Sequence record: AH001324.2
DNA length: 563 nt
Origin: a phage
Strand: one strand, 5' to 3'
The position numbers were made by a program, and so were the translations under genes. Under the pieces are notes generated by a model. That model was given only the letters and a program-made list of their open reading frames with translations. It did no database searches and was not told where the DNA came from. Positions 1 to 563 of this stretch are shown in pieces. Positions within the stretch are counted from its first letter, which is position 1; each line of letters starts with the position of its first letter.

Positions 1-6
1 AAGCTT
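1..6. other. HindIII recognition site AAGCTT at the exact 5' boundary of the window (likely clone or fragment end)
   Basis: Bases 1-6 read AAGCTT. That it marks a cloning boundary is inference from its position at base 1. Confidence 0.6.
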
Positions 7-131
7 GGCTGCCCATTGAAGCAGGAAATCACCAAAATGATTCAGGCTACAACCTGAACGTAGAAGAAATCCGCGTCCTTTATGCGTGGAGGATGCCAAA
101 GCATGTTGTGACACACTTGGCAAAGGAGTAA
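3..131 (+). CDS. 3' end of an ORF of unknown product (5' partial, continues upstream of the window), stop TAA at 129-131
   Basis: Frame +3 is open from base 3 for 42 codons (AWLPIEAGNHQNDSGYNLNVEEIRVLYAWRMPKHVVTHLAKE*), while + frames 1 and 2 carry stops at 55-57 and 18-20. Composition is protein-like with mixed charged and hydrophobic residues. The antisense frame is also open across this stretch, so support is weak. I recognise no family. Confidence 0.33.
   Translation, partial: AWLPIEAGNHQNDSGYNLNVEEIRVLYAWRMPKHVVTHLAKE
122..128 (+). promoter_or_regulatory. Shine-Dalgarno-like motif AAAGGAG, 5 nt upstream of the ATG at 134
   Basis: AAAGGAG at 122-128 is a near-perfect match to the core complementary to the 16S rRNA 3' end (AAGGAGG); spacer TAAGC (129-133) then ATG. 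It overlaps the last codons and the stop of the upstream ORF, an arrangement typical of translational coupling. Confidence 0.3.
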
Positions 132-133
132 GC

Positions 134-199
134 ATGCAGAGAATGCTATGTACAAGCATCTACGCATACATTATTATTTTATGCAGCATTTTTAATTAA
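134..199 (+). CDS. Hypothetical 21-aa hydrophobic small peptide (MQRMLCTSIYAYIIILCSIFN), ATG 134-136, stop TAA 197-199
   Basis: ATG is preceded by a strong SD at 5-nt spacing and starts 2 nt after the upstream stop. The peptide has a 12-residue hydrophobic core (IYAYIIILCSIF). Caveat: the ORF lies in AT-rich sequence, where short Ile/Leu/Tyr/Phe-rich ORFs arise by chance. Confidence 0.2.
   Translation: MQRMLCTSIYAYIIILCSIFN
149..177 (+). promoter_or_regulatory. Candidate sigma-70/sigma-A-type promoter: -35 TGTACA (149-154), 17-nt spacer, -10 TATTAT (172-177)
   Basis: Hexamers match TTGACA at 4/6 and TATAAT at 5/6 with the canonical 17-nt spacing, upstream of the SD and ATG at 232. AT-rich DNA yields many -10-like hexamers, so this is weak. 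Confidence 0.18.
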
Positions 200-216
200 A
201 TTCAAAAATACAGCAT

Positions 217-222
217 AAAGGA
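217..222 (+). promoter_or_regulatory. Shine-Dalgarno-like motif AAAGGA, 9 nt upstream of the ATG at 232
   Basis: AAAGGA at 217-222, then spacer 223-231, then ATG at 232-234. Confidence 0.3.
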
Positions 223-231
223 TGACTTTCG

Positions 232-285
232 ATGAGTGATTCCAGCCAGCTTCACAAGGTTGCTCAAAGAGCAAACAGAATGCTC
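232..285 (+). CDS. Candidate N-terminus of a gene of unknown product (MSDSSQLHKVAQRANRML...), 3' end lost in the N gap
   Basis: ATG at 232 with SD-like AAAGGA 9 nt upstream; the frame is open for 18 codons until the N-run begins at 286. An alternative GTG start at 236 in another frame (the one the supplied track used) is also open to the gap. Only 54 nt are visible, so the product cannot be identified. Confidence 0.28.
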
Positions 286-385
286 NNNNNNNNNNNNNNN
301 NNNNNNNNNNNNNNNNNNNNNNNNNNNNNNNNNNNNNNNNNNNNNNNNNNNNNNNNNNNNNNNNNNNNNNNNNNNNNNNNNNNNN
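286..385. other. Sequence gap: run of exactly 100 N (unknown sequence, true length probably unknown)
   Basis: Positions 286-385 are all N. A length of exactly 100 is the usual placeholder for a gap of unknown size. Confidence 0.97.
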
Positions 386-468
386 TCGATAAAAAGCCGA
401 AGCCTTAAACTTTCGCCATTCAAATTTCACTATTAACTGACTGTTTTTAAAGTAAATTACTCTAAAAT

Positions 469-505
469 TTCAAGGTGAAATCGCCACGATTTCACCTTGG
501 ATTTT
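469..505 (+). terminator. Candidate intrinsic (rho-independent) terminator: perfect 13-bp inverted repeat with 3-nt loop, followed by TTTT
   Basis: CAAGGTGAAATCG (471-483), loop CCA (484-486), CGATTTCACCTTG (487-499) are exact reverse complements. In RNA the stem can extend by U469-A501 and a U470-G500 wobble, placing UUUU (502-505) directly 3' of the stem. Weaknesses: the stem is only about half GC and the U-run is short (4, then A, then CCUU). Confidence 0.4.
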
Positions 506-506
506 A

Positions 507-540
507 CCTTCCTCCCCTCCTCCCGAAAAAAATAAAAAAA
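507..540 (+). repeat. Low-complexity tract: 18-nt pyrimidine-only near-mirror repeat (CCTTCCTCCCCTCCTCCC, 507-524) followed by A-tract (AAAAAAATAAAAAAA, 526-540)
   Basis: Read directly: 507-524 contains only C and T and matches its own reversal at 16 of 18 positions; 526-540 is A with a single T at 533. Confidence 0.9.
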
Positions 541-563
541 TTGCTTGTCACGAGAAAGTCAAC

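Noticed and set aside
128-133. Eukaryotic splice-donor-like GTAAGC and a poly(A) signal AATAAA at 531-536.
   Set aside because: Both are short motifs expected by chance; the AATAAA lies within a 15-nt A-tract. No acceptor, branch point or exon structure can be assessed in this window, so this is noted only as a caveat on domain of origin.
1-159. Minus-strand open frame running from an ATG at 159-157 (or 135-133) through base 1.
   Set aside because: It is antisense to the + strand ORF at 3-131, has no purine-rich SD upstream of either ATG, and its translation is Ser/Leu/His/Cys-rich, typical of a shadow frame. It cannot be excluded, but it is less plausible than the + strand frame.
222-239. 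ATG at 222-224 as a gene start (MTFDE*).
   Set aside because: It opens only a 5-codon frame ending at TGA 237-239 and overlaps the SD-like motif itself. It is more likely part of the ribosome-binding region for the ATG at 232.
391-409. Small hairpin on the minus strand (GCUUCGGC with a UUCG tetraloop) followed by UUUUU, as a possible minus-strand terminator.
   Set aside because: The Watson-Crick stem is only 2 bp and extends to about 5 bp only by consuming the U-run. It sits at the edge of the N gap, so its context is unknown. Too weak to call.
179-436. The three ORFs in the supplied six-frame track (179-430 -, 202-423 -, 236-436 +).
   Set aside because: Each spans the 100-N run and is mostly X residues. 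Their lengths and end points are artefacts of an arbitrary gap length. Only the N-terminal portion before the gap (start at 232 or 236) was kept as a low-confidence partial CDS.
473-497. CRP/FNR-like binding site suggested by GTGA ... TCAC within the palindrome.
   Set aside because: The GTGA and TCAC elements are separated by 13 nt, not the 6 nt of the CRP consensus TGTGA-N6-TCACA, and there is no TTGAT-N4-ATCAA for FNR. The spacing does not fit either family.
469-524. Minus-strand GGAGG-rich tract (complement of 507-524) acting as an RBS for a minus-strand gene.
   Set aside because: The only downstream start is a GTG inside the hairpin, opening a 12-codon frame (VKSWRFHLEILE). That is too short and is embedded in the palindrome.
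1-563. CRISPR array, tRNA or rRNA gene, insertion-sequence or transposon termini.
   Set aside because: There are no regularly spaced direct repeats, no cloverleaf-compatible segment with conserved tRNA motifs, and no terminal inverted repeats flanking an ORF. The only significant repeat is the single palindrome at 471-499.

Overview
This 563-bp window is moderately AT-rich, begins exactly at a HindIII site (AAGCTT, 1-6), and is interrupted by a run of exactly 100 N (286-385), so only about 463 bp of real sequence is visible in two blocks whose true spacing and reading-frame relationship are unknown. I cannot establish the organism or domain of life; the features below assume a bacterial (low-GC-like) model, because purine-rich Shine-Dalgarno-like motifs sit at correct spacing before start codons and a long hairpin is followed by a T-run, but a non-bacterial origin is not excluded. 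Supportable content on the + strand: a probable 3' end of an ORF (3-131); a 21-codon hydrophobic small ORF (134-199) with a strong SD placed across the upstream stop codon; a candidate promoter and SD leading to a gene start at 232 that runs into the gap; and, after the gap, a perfect 13-bp inverted repeat (471-499) followed by TTTT, a candidate intrinsic terminator. Downstream lies an 18-nt pyrimidine-only near-mirror repeat and a 15-nt A-tract. The three ORFs in the supplied track all span the N-run and are artefacts of translating N, not gene models. I see no CRISPR array, tRNA or rRNA, or mobile-element termini. No novel biological system can be asserted from this little sequence; the most interesting items are hypotheses only.
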